A DNA stretch of 59,699 nt. Origin: a bacterium (GTDB lineage Bacteria > Patescibacteriota > Minisyncoccia > Moranbacterales > UBA2206). The stretch covers positions 1 to 59,699 of the forward strand of contig JAYSLY010000003.1 of NCBI GenBank assembly GCA_043725085.1, in the 5' to 3' direction. Under the pieces are notes generated by a model that saw only the letters and a program-made list of their open reading frames with translations, made no database searches and was not told the DNA's origin. A program made the translations under genes and the position numbers. Shown here piece after piece: positions 29,277 to 38,758 of the stretch. Every line of letters starts with the position of its first letter. The first letter of the stretch is position 1.

Positions 29277-30727
29277 TATTTTATCCTTTGAAACAAAACT
29301 TCATCCAACTTTTTCGTCTCCAGCGCTTTTTTGATTTTCTCGGCTGTTTCGGGCATAAAAGGCGAAAGTAGCGTTGCAATCAGTGCCAAATCGTTTAATA
29401 ATTTTACCATCACTTCATTAAATTTAGCTTCATCTGTTTTTTTCAACTCCCAAGGCTTATTGTCTCCGATAAATTTATTACTGTCCGCAATAATTTTCCA
29501 AGTGCCTGATAACGCCTGATCGAATTCCATTCTGTTCAACTCTCCAAAAGCGTAGCTTCCGGAAAATTCCGGAAGCTTAGCTTCTGGAAAATCTCCCACT
29601 GTTTCACACAATTTGATTACTCTTGAAACTAAATTCCCTAGTCCATTCGCCAAATCCGCGTTATATTTCTCTGTTAATTTTTCCCAAGTAATATCAAAAT
29701 CTTCCCCGAAATTCGCCCCAGAGAGAAGCAGATAGCGCGTCGCGTCCGTGCCAAATTTCTCCGCCATTTCATAGGGCGAAATCACATTGCCCAAAGATTT
29801 GCTCATTTTTTGTCCGTTGACAGTAATAAAACCATTCACAAAAACTTGCTTCGAATTAGGCAGCTTGGCTGACATGAGCATCGCTTGCCACATCGCCGCT
29901 TGCTGGCGTAAATTATCCTTGCCGCAAACCTGCACACCCGGCCAGAATTTTGCAAAATTTCCCGAATTATTAGGTTTACCTGCCGAAGCTTCAGCGTAGG
30001 CAGGCCAACCCAAAGTTGAGATATAGTTGACCAGTGCATCAAACCAGACATACATCACGTGTTCGTCGTCACCCGGCACCGGCACCCCCCAGGGCATCTT
30101 TGCCTTGAGTCGCGAGATGCTAAAATCTTCCAATCCTCTTTCCACAAAACTTTTCACTTCATTCATCCGCTTGGCCGGCAAAACAAAATTTGGTTTTTGG
30201 GCATATAGCTTGAGCAGCGGTTCTTGATATTTGGAAAAACGGAAAAAATAATTTTCCTCGGCAATGATTTCGATTTGCATATTCGGATGATCCGGACATT
30301 TTCCGTCAACCAATTCCGAATCGGTTTTTTCCAACTCACACCCCACGCAATATTTGATAGAATAATTTTTCTTATAAATATCGCCGTTCTTTTCGCAGTG
30401 TTTCCAAAATTCTTGCGCAGCCACAATATGCTTGGCGTCTGTCGTGCGAATGAAAGCATCATAGCTCAAATTAAGCGCTGATTTCAATTGATCAAACTCC
30501 GGCAGCATACTATCGCAATATTCCTGCGCCGCCATCTCATGTTCTTGGGCTTTTTGAAAAATCTTCTGGCCATGCTCGTCCGTCCCAGTATTGAAAAACA
30601 CATCGTCACCCAACTCACGATGAAACCGCGCCAAAACATCCGCTTCAACGATTTCTTTAGCAAAACCAACATGCGGCTTAGCGTTGACATAGGGCAGTGT
30701 GGTTGTAATGTAGAAATTATTTTTCAT
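29276..30727 (-). CDS. metG: Methionine--tRNA ligase
   Basis: TTTLPYVNAKPHVGFA (HIGH region), KMSKSLGN, and WPGVQVCGKDNLRQQ. Confidence 0.95.
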   Translation of the reverse strand: MKNNFYITTTLPYVNAKPHVGFAKEIVEADVLARFHRELGDDVFFNTGTDEHGQKIFQKAQEHEMAAQEYCDSMLPEFDQLKSALNLSYDAFIRTTDAKHIVAAQEFWKHCEKNGDIYKKNYSIKYCVGCELEKTDSELVDGKCPDHPNMQIEIIAEENYFFRFSKYQEPLLKLYAQKPNFVLPAKRMNEVKSFVERGLEDFSISRLKAKMPWGVPVPGDDEHVMYVWFDALVNYISTLGWPAYAEASAGKPNNSGNFAKFWPGVQVCGKDNLRQQAAMWQAMLMSAKLPNSKQVFVNGFITVNGQKMSKSLGNVISPYEMAEKFGTDATRYLLLSGANFGEDFDITWEKLTEKYNADLANGLGNLVSRVIKLCETVGDFPEAKLPEFSGSYAFGELNRMEFDQALSGTWKIIADSNKFIGDNKPWELKKTDEAKFNEVMVKLLNDLALIATLLSPFMPETAEKIKKALETKKLDEVLFQRIK

Positions 30728-30738
30728 AATGATTTTTC

Positions 30739-31431
30739 TTAATAAACTATGATTACAAATTCCCCCTTGACCTTGCCTTTATTCTCCAAAAAATATCCCA
30801 AAACTTCGGAGGCGTTCCCGCGCACAATTTCTTCAAACATTTTGGTCAGCTCTCTTCCCAGAACGATCTTCTTTTCCGGCGCCAGAGTTTTCAAAAGTTC
30901 CAAATTTTTCAAAAGACGATGCGGCGATTCGAAGTAGATGGCCGGATATTTTTGCGCCAAGACTTCTTTGAAAAAAGTTTCTCGGCCTTTTTTGTGCGGC
31001 GGAAAACCCAAAAAAACAAAGCGCGTCAAATCAATTCCTGAAACACTAGCCAAGGTGATGAGCGAACTCGCGCCAGGAATGGGAATGACCAAAATATTAC
31101 TCTCCACCGCGCGTGCCACCAATTGATTGCCCGGGTCGGATATTCCCGGTGTGCCGGCGTCAGTCACTAACGCAATATTTTTTCCCGCTTCCAATTCCAA
31201 AATGATCCAGTCTAATTTTGGCACCGGCTTGGTTGCACCACCTGACCGTTGCACCTGATAGAAAGAAGTGGTCGGTGTTTTGATTTCATAGCGATCCAAA
31301 AGTTTGCGACTCGTTCTTGTGTCCTCACACACAATCAAATCAACCTTTTTCAAAGTCTCAATCGCTCGCTCTGTGATGTCGGCCAGATTGCCAATTGGGG
31401 TCGCCACAATGTAGAGTATTCCGGAATTCAT
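30739..31431 (-). CDS. rsmI: 16S rRNA (cytidine1402-2'-O)-methyltransferase
   Basis: LYIVATPIGNLADITERAIETLKKVDLIVCEDTR and VTDAGTPGISDPG. Confidence 0.9.
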   Translation of the reverse strand: MNSGILYIVATPIGNLADITERAIETLKKVDLIVCEDTRTSRKLLDRYEIKTPTTSFYQVQRSGGATKPVPKLDWIILELEAGKNIALVTDAGTPGISDPGNQLVARAVESNILVIPIPGASSLITLASVSGIDLTRFVFLGFPPHKKGRETFFKEVLAQKYPAIYFESPHRLLKNLELLKTLAPEKKIVLGRELTKMFEEIVRGNASEVLGYFLENKGKVKGEFVIIVY

Positions 31432-31455
31432 AGTTGACTAATTGAATTAAAAAAA

Positions 31456-32502
31456 TTATATCTTTCTTAATCTTATAAAATCATTGATTGCCAGACTAAT
31501 GGCAGTCGCCACGGGAATCGCCAAAATGGCGCCCATCACACCGCCCAAGCGCAACCCGACGAGCAGCGCAATGATTGTTGCCACGGGATTCAGTCCCACT
31601 GCTTTTTTCATGATTTGCGGAACGATTAAGTTATTCTCCAGCTGTTGAGCGATAAGATACACCAGCATTGCCAAAAATCCGGTCATCGGAGAAATCATAA
31701 ATCCCAAAATCATTCCCGGAATAGCGGAGATAATTGGCCCGATATAGGGCACGATTTCCATTACTCCCGCAAAAACTGCCAGCACCAGCGCATAGGGAAC
31801 GCCGATGAGCGTTAGTCCGATTGCATCGAGCACGAAAATGATAAGCATCAACAGCAATTGCCCAAGCATCCATTTGCCAATTTTTTCTTTGATCCTCGTT
31901 GTCAGATCAACGGCATATTCCCTATACTGATCGGGTGTGACAGAAGTGATAAACTTTTTAATGCCATTTTCTTCGACAGTCATGTAAAACGCCAAAGAAA
32001 AAACCACAATAATAGAAATGAAGCCGGAAAAAACATCAATTGTACGAGAAAAAATATTCCCGGATAAACTAGCAAATGCTCCCGTGAAATTATCCAATAA
32101 TTGCTGCGGGTCGAAATTAATGTGTTTGCCTGCCAAGAAAACTCTCAATTCCGCGAAAGAAGTTTGCCCGGCCTGAAAATATCTGGGAAAGTTCTGAGAA
32201 AAATCTTGAAATTGAACAATAATTGGCGGGATGAGAAAAGAAACGATAAGGCCGATAAGCAGAAATAACGCCAGAAACAACCCCAAAACACCGGCTGTGC
32301 GGGGAATTTTTTTTGACTGCAACCAATCTACCAGCGGATCCATCGCTGAAGTGATAATCACCGCAATAAAAACAAGCGCAATCACATCCATCACTAAATA
32401 CAAAAACCACACTGCCAAAAGAATCAAAATGGTTTTGAAAATTATCCCGGTTGAGATTTCAATTTCTTGTTTTTGCATAAAATAAGTAGGATAAAAAATC
32501 AA
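31456..32502 (-). CDS. AI-2E / PerM-family transporter
   Basis: Polytopic, with the typical VPYIGPIISAIPG region. Confidence 0.75.
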   Translation of the reverse strand: MIFYPTYFMQKQEIEISTGIIFKTILILLAVWFLYLVMDVIALVFIAVIITSAMDPLVDWLQSKKIPRTAGVLGLFLALFLLIGLIVSFLIPPIIVQFQDFSQNFPRYFQAGQTSFAELRVFLAGKHINFDPQQLLDNFTGAFASLSGNIFSRTIDVFSGFISIIVVFSLAFYMTVEENGIKKFITSVTPDQYREYAVDLTTRIKEKIGKWMLGQLLLMLIIFVLDAIGLTLIGVPYALVLAVFAGVMEIVPYIGPIISAIPGMILGFMISPMTGFLAMLVYLIAQQLENNLIVPQIMKKAVGLNPVATIIALLVGLRLGGVMGAILAIPVATAISLAINDFIRLRKI

Positions 32503-33767
32503 ACACTCAACATCTTTTGCAACTTCTCGCTATTCTTGTGTGGCCCGATGATCGCCAGATTCAGTTTTTTATTTTGAAAAATCTCTTTGGCAACCGCCAA
32601 AATATCTTCCGGCGTCACTCGATCAATCCGTTTGAAAATTTCTTCTCTTTTGAGAATTTCTCTGCGAGAAAGTTCTTGACCAACAAAAAACATCGCCACC
32701 TCGTCTGAGGCTTCCATACCCATTACCATTTTGCCCTTGATATAATCCTTGGCTTTTTGCAATTCCTTTTCAGCCACTTTTTCCGTCGCAATCTTTCGAT
32801 ATTCTCCCAAAATCGTTTTGAGGGCCAGTTCCAGATTTTTGTGTTCCACTCCTGCTTGCGTGGCGAGATAACCGCACTCTTCAAATGCTTCCGTATTTGT
32901 TCTGACATAATAGGCCAAACCTCTACGTTCTCGCACTTCCATAAACAGCCGGCTGGACATATTCCCGCCGAGAATGATGGAGAGCAAAGACAAAGCAAAG
33001 CGTTTTTCGCTATATTGATCAAAAGCCCGCACACCGACAATTATTTGGGTTTGGTCGGTTTTTTTGAATTTAATTTTTACTGCCGAACCTTTTTGCGCTT
33101 CTTTTACTTCTTTGAGCTCAGGCTTTTTGCCCTCAGCCATTTCACGGAAATAGCGCTCAATTTGCTTGATGATTTTCTTTTCGTCAAATTTTCCCGCCAC
33201 GCAAATCACTGTGTCATTCGAAAGATAGAAACGCTTCATGTATTTCAAAAAATCCGCGCGCTTGAAACTATCAATCGTTTTTTTGTAACCGATAATATCC
33301 CGCCCCAAATCACTTTTAGGATAGAGCAAATTTTCAAACACATTGCCAACATTTCTCATCGGCATATCTTCATACATATTCAGCTCTTGAATAATCGTGC
33401 CGCGTTCTTTGTCAATTTCCGCCGCTTCCAGTTTGGAATTAAGATACATATCCGACACAACATCCAGCGCCACGTCAATATGCTTGGCATCGACTTTGAC
33501 ATAATAGCCGGTTGAATCTTTTGACGTGAAAGCATTAAACTCTCCGCCGATCGCATCCAGTTCTTCCGAAATTGAAAGCGCGTTTGGCCGCTTTTCGGTC
33601 CCCTTGAAAAACATATGCTCAATGAAATGCGACAGTCCGGCTTCTTTTTCCGACTCATAGCGACTACCCACACCCACCATCGCCACAACAGTCACGGTTT
33701 GGGTTTCAAGCATTGGCACGGTCAAGATCCGCAGACCATTTTTGAGATTGGTTTTTTTGTAATTCAT
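32499..33767 (-). CDS. M16-family zinc peptidase
   Basis: HFIEHMFFKGT (HxxEH inverted zincin motif). Confidence 0.85.
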   Translation of the reverse strand: MNYKKTNLKNGLRILTVPMLETQTVTVVAMVGVGSRYESEKEAGLSHFIEHMFFKGTEKRPNALSISEELDAIGGEFNAFTSKDSTGYYVKVDAKHIDVALDVVSDMYLNSKLEAAEIDKERGTIIQELNMYEDMPMRNVGNVFENLLYPKSDLGRDIIGYKKTIDSFKRADFLKYMKRFYLSNDTVICVAGKFDEKKIIKQIERYFREMAEGKKPELKEVKEAQKGSAVKIKFKKTDQTQIIVGVRAFDQYSEKRFALSLLSIILGGNMSSRLFMEVRERRGLAYYVRTNTEAFEECGYLATQAGVEHKNLELALKTILGEYRKIATEKVAEKELQKAKDYIKGKMVMGMEASDEVAMFFVGQELSRREILKREEIFKRIDRVTPEDILAVAKEIFQNKKLNLAIIGPHKNSEKLQKMLSV

Positions 33768-33771
33768 AAAA

Positions 33772-34731
33772 TTATTTTTTTCTATTACGCGAATATCTCG
33801 TCAGCCCACCAAAAGGAATGATTTTAATCCCCTTTTTCTCCAACTCGTCAAGAAAAATATTCATACCAAGAGAATCACTGGAAATATGCCCGGCAACAAC
33901 TACATTGATATGCGCTTCTTCTGCCGCTTTTCGATGCTCCTCGCTTTGGTGCATACTGATGATTGTTCCCACTCCGGCATTTGCCATCGCTTGATAGATT
34001 TCTTTTGAGCCTTCTGTCCCGCCGGTGAATTCGGAAACAATAATTTTCCCCGCGCGATTATTTGGAGCTCCGGAAAAAAGCATCGGCCCGCTCGCCCGTC
34101 TTTTGGCTTCTTGATATTCCCAAATACCATCAACCACTTTCAAAACATCTTTGACATAGCGGGGATTCGCCTTGGCAATTTCTCGTCCGACAAATTGCGC
34201 TGATAGATTGTCCGCCGGCGTATGCACATTCATCAAATTTACTCCCAACAATTTGGCCGTATCTACAATCGCATAATGATTGGAAGGATTGATTCCCCGC
34301 GCTACTTCAGAAATTCTTTTGTGGATCATTTTTTCCGCCACATTCACCGGAATGCCCAATTTCTCCATCTGATCGATTTGATAATTCATCACGTCGTCCA
34401 GTCCGGCAAGTGCAAGACCAACCGGGTGGTGATTGATGATCAGATCGACTCCCAATTCCTTGGCGATGAGCAGACTGCCTTGCGTGATATCAATCGCCGC
34501 CAGCACTTTTTTGATTGGCTTTTTCCCGACTTCATTGTGGATGCGCGTGTCAGAATAGGGATTGGTTAGTCTTTCTTTGTCATAATAGGCCTTTTCGTCC
34601 TCATCCAGGCTGGAATAGGCCTCCTTTTTTTCTTTCAAATATTCATCAAGCTCATTTTTCGTACGAAAATCACTCTTAATCCCCAGTTCAATCGCTAGTT
34701 TATAGATTTCTTGAATAGTCATAGATTTCAA
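33772..34731 (-). CDS. NIF3-like (DUF34) metal-binding protein
   Basis: LIINHHP, NVHTPADN and VVAGHISSDSLG motifs, recalled from the NIF3 family. Confidence 0.6.
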   Translation of the reverse strand: MKSMTIQEIYKLAIELGIKSDFRTKNELDEYLKEKKEAYSSLDEDEKAYYDKERLTNPYSDTRIHNEVGKKPIKKVLAAIDITQGSLLIAKELGVDLIINHHPVGLALAGLDDVMNYQIDQMEKLGIPVNVAEKMIHKRISEVARGINPSNHYAIVDTAKLLGVNLMNVHTPADNLSAQFVGREIAKANPRYVKDVLKVVDGIWEYQEAKRRASGPMLFSGAPNNRAGKIIVSEFTGGTEGSKEIYQAMANAGVGTIISMHQSEEHRKAAEEAHINVVVAGHISSDSLGMNIFLDELEKKGIKIIPFGGLTRYSRNRKK

Positions 34732-34790
34732 TTTAACCGATTATACTCTAGTAAAATTAGCATACCTAGAGCCAAAAAGCAACGAATTGA

Positions 34791-35324
34791 TTAATAGATT
34801 TCACTATTTTCAATTTGCGCCAAAGCCATGATCAGCGCCTGCTTTGTATATTCTTTTCTCGTGATGCGTCCTTTGGTCAAAATCCCCACCAAGCCTTCCG
34901 CCGAGCCAAGCTTGGGATTTGTACTCAGTCCCACCCGATTGCAAGCCTGCGTCATATCCAACCCTTCTTCCAGCATCAGCTGATTGACTTTTGGCGGACA
35001 CTCAAAGCCAGATGAAAAACCAAGCGCGAATTTTTCTCCGTCAAAGATCGCACAAATGCACGCATCCATAAACCCTGACTGCGAACCGGGAATTTCAAAT
35101 AATCCGGATTCCAAGCCAATGCTCAAATCACAAATATCAAAAACATTTTTGGCACGATTTTTCGCGCCTTGCACCGTTTCCGCGATTGATTTTGGCTGGT
35201 CAGAAACTCCACTGATTGTTTCCCATCCAATAATTTCCGCATCCTTCAAGTCCGGGTAATCCAACATAATCTCCTTTACCGCTTCCAATTTCGCTTCGTT
35301 TTTTGTCCCAACAATTATTTTCAT
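34791..35324 (-). CDS. Non-canonical purine NTP phosphatase (YjjX/DUF84-like)
   Basis: IVGTKNEAKLEAV and SGVSDQPKSIAETVQGAKNRAKN. Confidence 0.75.
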   Translation of the reverse strand: MKIIVGTKNEAKLEAVKEIMLDYPDLKDAEIIGWETISGVSDQPKSIAETVQGAKNRAKNVFDICDLSIGLESGLFEIPGSQSGFMDACICAIFDGEKFALGFSSGFECPPKVNQLMLEEGLDMTQACNRVGLSTNPKLGSAEGLVGILTKGRITRKEYTKQALIMALAQIENSEIY

Positions 35325-35328
35325 AAAA

Positions 35329-36708
35329 TTATTTCAACTTTTCCTGCAGATACTTTTCGAGCTCACTAATCTTAATTCGTTCCTGCACCATTGTGTCACG
35401 CTCTCTCACTGTCACCGCTTGGTCGTTTAGCGTTTCAAAATCAACTGTCACACAAAACGGCGTACCGATTTCATCTTGCCGGCGATAGCGTTTGCCGATT
35501 GATTGCGTTTCGTCGTATTCTGCCATGAAATTTTGTTTCAATGTATTCCAAATTTCTTTGGCCGGCGCAGTCAATTCTTCTTTTTTGGAAAGCGGCAAAA
35601 CCGCCACTTTGACCGGCGCCAAGCGTTTGTCAATTTTCAAAACAACCCGCACTTCACCGCTTACTTCTTCTTCTGTGTAGGCCGCGTCGAGAAACATGAA
35701 AACTAAACGTCCCAATCCAACTGAAGTTTCCATGATGTGCGGGATGAATTTTTCGTTTTTCTCTTGGTCGAAATATGCTAAGTCAACTCCGGAAAATTTG
35801 CTGTGCTGGGACAAATCCCAATCACCCCGCGCATGAATTCCTTCAATCTCCTTAAACCCTCCCAAAGCTTTGAAGTCATATTCAATGTCATAGGCTTCCG
35901 AAGCATAGTGAGCCAATTTTTCATGACGATACCAACGAATCTTTTCCGGCGAGATGCCATATTCGAGATACCACTCCCAACGCTCTGCTTTCCACGTTTC
36001 GTATTTTTCTTTCATCATTTCCGGGTGCAAGAAATATTGCATCTCCATCTGCTCAAATTCGCGCGTGCGGAAAATGAATTGACGCGCCACAATTTCATTG
36101 CGAAAAGCCTTGCCGACTTGAGCGATACCAAATGGCAATTTGATATGCAACGAATCAACAGTATTTTTATATTCCAAATAAATTCCTCCGCAAGTTTCCG
36201 GCCTGAGATAGACCACATTTTCTTCCTTGAGTTCATCAGTCGGCGAACCAATGTTTGATTTGACCATCAAAGAAAATATTTTCGCGGGCGTGAGATCAAT
36301 TGATCCGCAATTGGCGCATTTCAATTTTTTTTCTTCGCGCAATTTATCCAGCTGCGCGTTTATCTCCGCCAGCGGCGCTTTGTCCGCATTGATTCCAAAT
36401 TCCTCCAAAATGTGATCGGCACGATAACGGCTTTTGCATTTTTTGCAATCGACTTGCGGATCATTGAAGCCATCCACATGTCCCGAAGCCTTCCAGGTCG
36501 TCGGGTGCATAAAAATCGCACTGTCAAGACCCACCACATCATCTCGCAGCTGCACCATCGCCTTCCACCAAGCGTCGCGGATATTGTTTTTCAAAAGCGT
36601 GCCATAGTGGCCATAGTCATAGATCGCTTGCATTCCGCCATAGATTTCCGATGAAGGAAAAACAAACCCCCGCCGCTTTGCGAGCGAAGCGATTTTTTCC
36701 ATCATCAT
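35329..36708 (-). CDS. glyQS: Glycine--tRNA ligase (alpha2 type)
   Basis: MMMEKIASLAKRRGFVFPSSEIYGG and class II motifs. I place the start at ATG 36708 (GAGGA 7 nt upstream) rather than 36774. Confidence 0.93.
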   Translation of the reverse strand: MMMEKIASLAKRRGFVFPSSEIYGGMQAIYDYGHYGTLLKNNIRDAWWKAMVQLRDDVVGLDSAIFMHPTTWKASGHVDGFNDPQVDCKKCKSRYRADHILEEFGINADKAPLAEINAQLDKLREEKKLKCANCGSIDLTPAKIFSLMVKSNIGSPTDELKEENVVYLRPETCGGIYLEYKNTVDSLHIKLPFGIAQVGKAFRNEIVARQFIFRTREFEQMEMQYFLHPEMMKEKYETWKAERWEWYLEYGISPEKIRWYRHEKLAHYASEAYDIEYDFKALGGFKEIEGIHARGDWDLSQHSKFSGVDLAYFDQEKNEKFIPHIMETSVGLGRLVFMFLDAAYTEEEVSGEVRVVLKIDKRLAPVKVAVLPLSKKEELTAPAKEIWNTLKQNFMAEYDETQSIGKRYRRQDEIGTPFCVTVDFETLNDQAVTVRERDTMVQERIKISELEKYLQEKLK

Positions 36709-36802
36709 TTGCTTGTCCTCGTTTTTTTCTGTCATATTGTTAAAATTAAAAATTAAAAAATCCCGTCCCCACAACTCAAAAATACAAAAGTATTTTCAAA
36801 TT

Positions 36803-36837
36803 GCCAGAACGAGATTCGTCTCGCGTTTCCATCTAGC
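36803..36837 (-). promoter_or_regulatory. T-box antiterminator core in the glyQS leader
   Basis: Minus-strand read: GCUAGA-UGGAAAC-GCGAGACGAAUCUCGU-UCUGGC. That gives helix A1 (6 bp, one G-U), a 7-nt bulge UGGAAAC (N=A fits the U73 discriminator of tRNA-Gly), and helix A2 (6 bp with a CGAA loop). AGAUGGAAACGCGAG compares with the consensus GGGUGGNACCGCGGG. Confidence 0.6.
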
Positions 36838-36911
36838 TTCCCACCTCTTCGGCGGACACCTTAATTTCTCCTCTCAGCTCCAAGGATCCAAACCCTCTTC
36901 AACGCTGACAA

Positions 36912-37196
36912 CTATCTCACTAGAACCAACTTTTCCAATCCGATTACTCTTTTTTCAAGCTCTTCAAATTCATCACGGGTAACTTTTCTTTTTAGCTCAA
37001 ATTTTATATCCCTCAATTCATTCTTAATCTCCACCTGTTCTTTTTCCAAGTTATTCATTCTTTTCTCAATGCTATCCATTCGCTTCTCTAATTTCTCAAT
37101 TTTTCCGCCAAGAGTCAAAAATTCGCTTTGAATAAGCGTCGCCAAATCCTCAATTGTGGTTATTTTCTTGATTTTCATAAGTCTATTATACATCAA
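36912..37196 (-). CDS. Small coiled-coil protein
   Basis: 94-aa ORF that stays open in an AT-rich context, with heptad-like LEKRMDSIEKRMNNLEKEQVEIKNEL. It may overlap Stem I of the glyQS T-box. Confidence 0.5.
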   Translation of the reverse strand: MMYNRLMKIKKITTIEDLATLIQSEFLTLGGKIEKLEKRMDSIEKRMNNLEKEQVEIKNELRDIKFELKRKVTRDEFEELEKRVIGLEKLVLVR

Positions 37197-37227
37197 CAGA
37201 TTTCACTGTCAAACTTCGAAAAAAATA

Positions 37228-38565
37228 TCAGATTGCTTTCCGCACCAAGCTCCCGCTTTCCAATTTTTTATCAAACTCAAAATAGTATTTTTTATTATGT
37301 CCGCCATCGGCGACTGCCACTTCTTCCTTTTTTTCATTATAAATCATTTTTATTTTAAGTTTAATGTTTTCTTTTGGCGTGATTGCTTCAAGTTTGTCTC
37401 CGCTTGAAATGTGGTTATGCACACGCACAACATTCAGATTGTTTTCCGCACCCTCCACCTCACCGACAAACTGGAATTTGACCGGATTATTCTTATTTTC
37501 AAAATTATGCGCCGGCTCGCGTCCCAAAAGAAATCCAGTCGAATATCCGCGGTGAACCAAATTGTTCAGTTCTTTTTTTTGCGCTTGGATTATTGTTTTG
37601 ATTTCTTTTTTCGGCAGATTATTTTCCAGAGCAGAAAGCACAGCACGATATGCTCGTGTCACAATTGCCAGATAATAGGCGCTTTTCGCCCGTCCTTCAA
37701 TCTTAAAAGACTCAACCCCAGCTTCCCTAAGCTCTCCAAGATACGAAAGTAAATTCATATCATAACTATTGAAAAAATATGTCCCGTGCAAATCCTCCTC
37801 CATATCCATCGCATATCTCTTTTGATCATCAATCACACTAAGCTCTAAAAAATTTTGCGTGCCAGTTTTTGTATCTTGTATTTTGTATTTTGTATTTTGA
37901 TCACTGTTCACTGATTGATATTTCCACCGGCACGGCTGGGAACAATCACCCAAATTTCCAGAGCGATCAGTCATCCACTTGGACAAAATGCAACGGCCCG
38001 AATAACTCATACACATTGCGCCATGCACAAAATATTCCAATTCAATATTTTTGGCCTGCTTTTTAATTTCTTTGATTTCCAAAAGTGACACTTCGCGCGC
38101 AAGGATAATTCTTTTCACGCCTTGTTTTCTCCAAAATTCCACCGCGGCAAAATTGGTCGCATTCGCTTGGGTGGAAAGATGAATTTCGCACGCCGGCCAA
38201 TATTTTTGAATGAGCAGAATTATTCCCGGGTCACTGGCAATGATCGCGTCAACTTTCAACTTTTTGAGAAAAAGAATGTGTTTTTTTATTTTTTCCAAAT
38301 GCCGGTTGTGTGCATAGATATTGAGCGTCACATAAATTTTCTTTTTGCGCTCATGGACATATTTCACCGCCTCTACTAAATCCTCGCGAGAAAAGCGATT
38401 GATTCGCACGCGCAAAGAAAAATCCGGCACACCGCAATACACCGCGTCCGCACCATAGGCCAGCGCATATTTTAGTTTATTCAAGTCCCCCGCCGGCGCG
38501 AGAAGTTCTACTTTCTTGCTTTGGCGTGGCAAGCCCGTCGGAGCCAATAACTCAATATGTTTCAT
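37228..38565 (-). CDS. Peptidase U32-family protein (collagenase-like / RNA hydroxylation family)
   Basis: ELLAPAGDLNKLKYALAYGADAVYCG and the CSQPCRWKY Cys cluster. Confidence 0.85.
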   Translation of the reverse strand: MKHIELLAPTGLPRQSKKVELLAPAGDLNKLKYALAYGADAVYCGVPDFSLRVRINRFSREDLVEAVKYVHERKKKIYVTLNIYAHNRHLEKIKKHILFLKKLKVDAIIASDPGIILLIQKYWPACEIHLSTQANATNFAAVEFWRKQGVKRIILAREVSLLEIKEIKKQAKNIELEYFVHGAMCMSYSGRCILSKWMTDRSGNLGDCSQPCRWKYQSVNSDQNTKYKIQDTKTGTQNFLELSVIDDQKRYAMDMEEDLHGTYFFNSYDMNLLSYLGELREAGVESFKIEGRAKSAYYLAIVTRAYRAVLSALENNLPKKEIKTIIQAQKKELNNLVHRGYSTGFLLGREPAHNFENKNNPVKFQFVGEVEGAENNLNVVRVHNHISSGDKLEAITPKENIKLKIKMIYNEKKEEVAVADGGHNKKYYFEFDKKLESGSLVRKAI

Positions 38566-38591
38566 AAAATAATTTCAAATCTTTATTCATG

Positions 38592-38744
38592 TCCCCTTCT
38601 CCATTAGGGAGAAGGTGGCCAAAGGCCGGATGAGGGAGGAGGCTTTAAATGATCACATTATTATTCTTTATAGCTTTTATTTTTAATAACACCCGTTTCC
38701 CTCACCTGTCCCTCGGACATCCTCTCCCTAAGGGAGAGGAGGAT
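38592..38744. mobile_element. MITE-like palindromic element (TCCCCTTCTCCATTAGGGAGAAGGTGGCCAAAGGCCGGATGAGGGA ... TCCCTCACCTGTCC...CCTCTCCCTAAGGGAGAGGAGG)
   Basis: Hairpin-bearing arms with TGAGGGA/TCCCTCA inverted repeats. A second copy lies at 44805-44954. Confidence 0.65.
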
Positions 38745-38758
38745 ATATTGAGAGATAT

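Noticed and set aside
36838-36868. An SRP (4.5S) RNA domain IV, because of AGGU...CCGCC-GAAGA-GGUGG...GAAGC
   Set aside because: No closing helix can be formed by the flanking sequence. The hairpin is better explained as Stem III preceding the T-box antiterminator of the glyQS leader.
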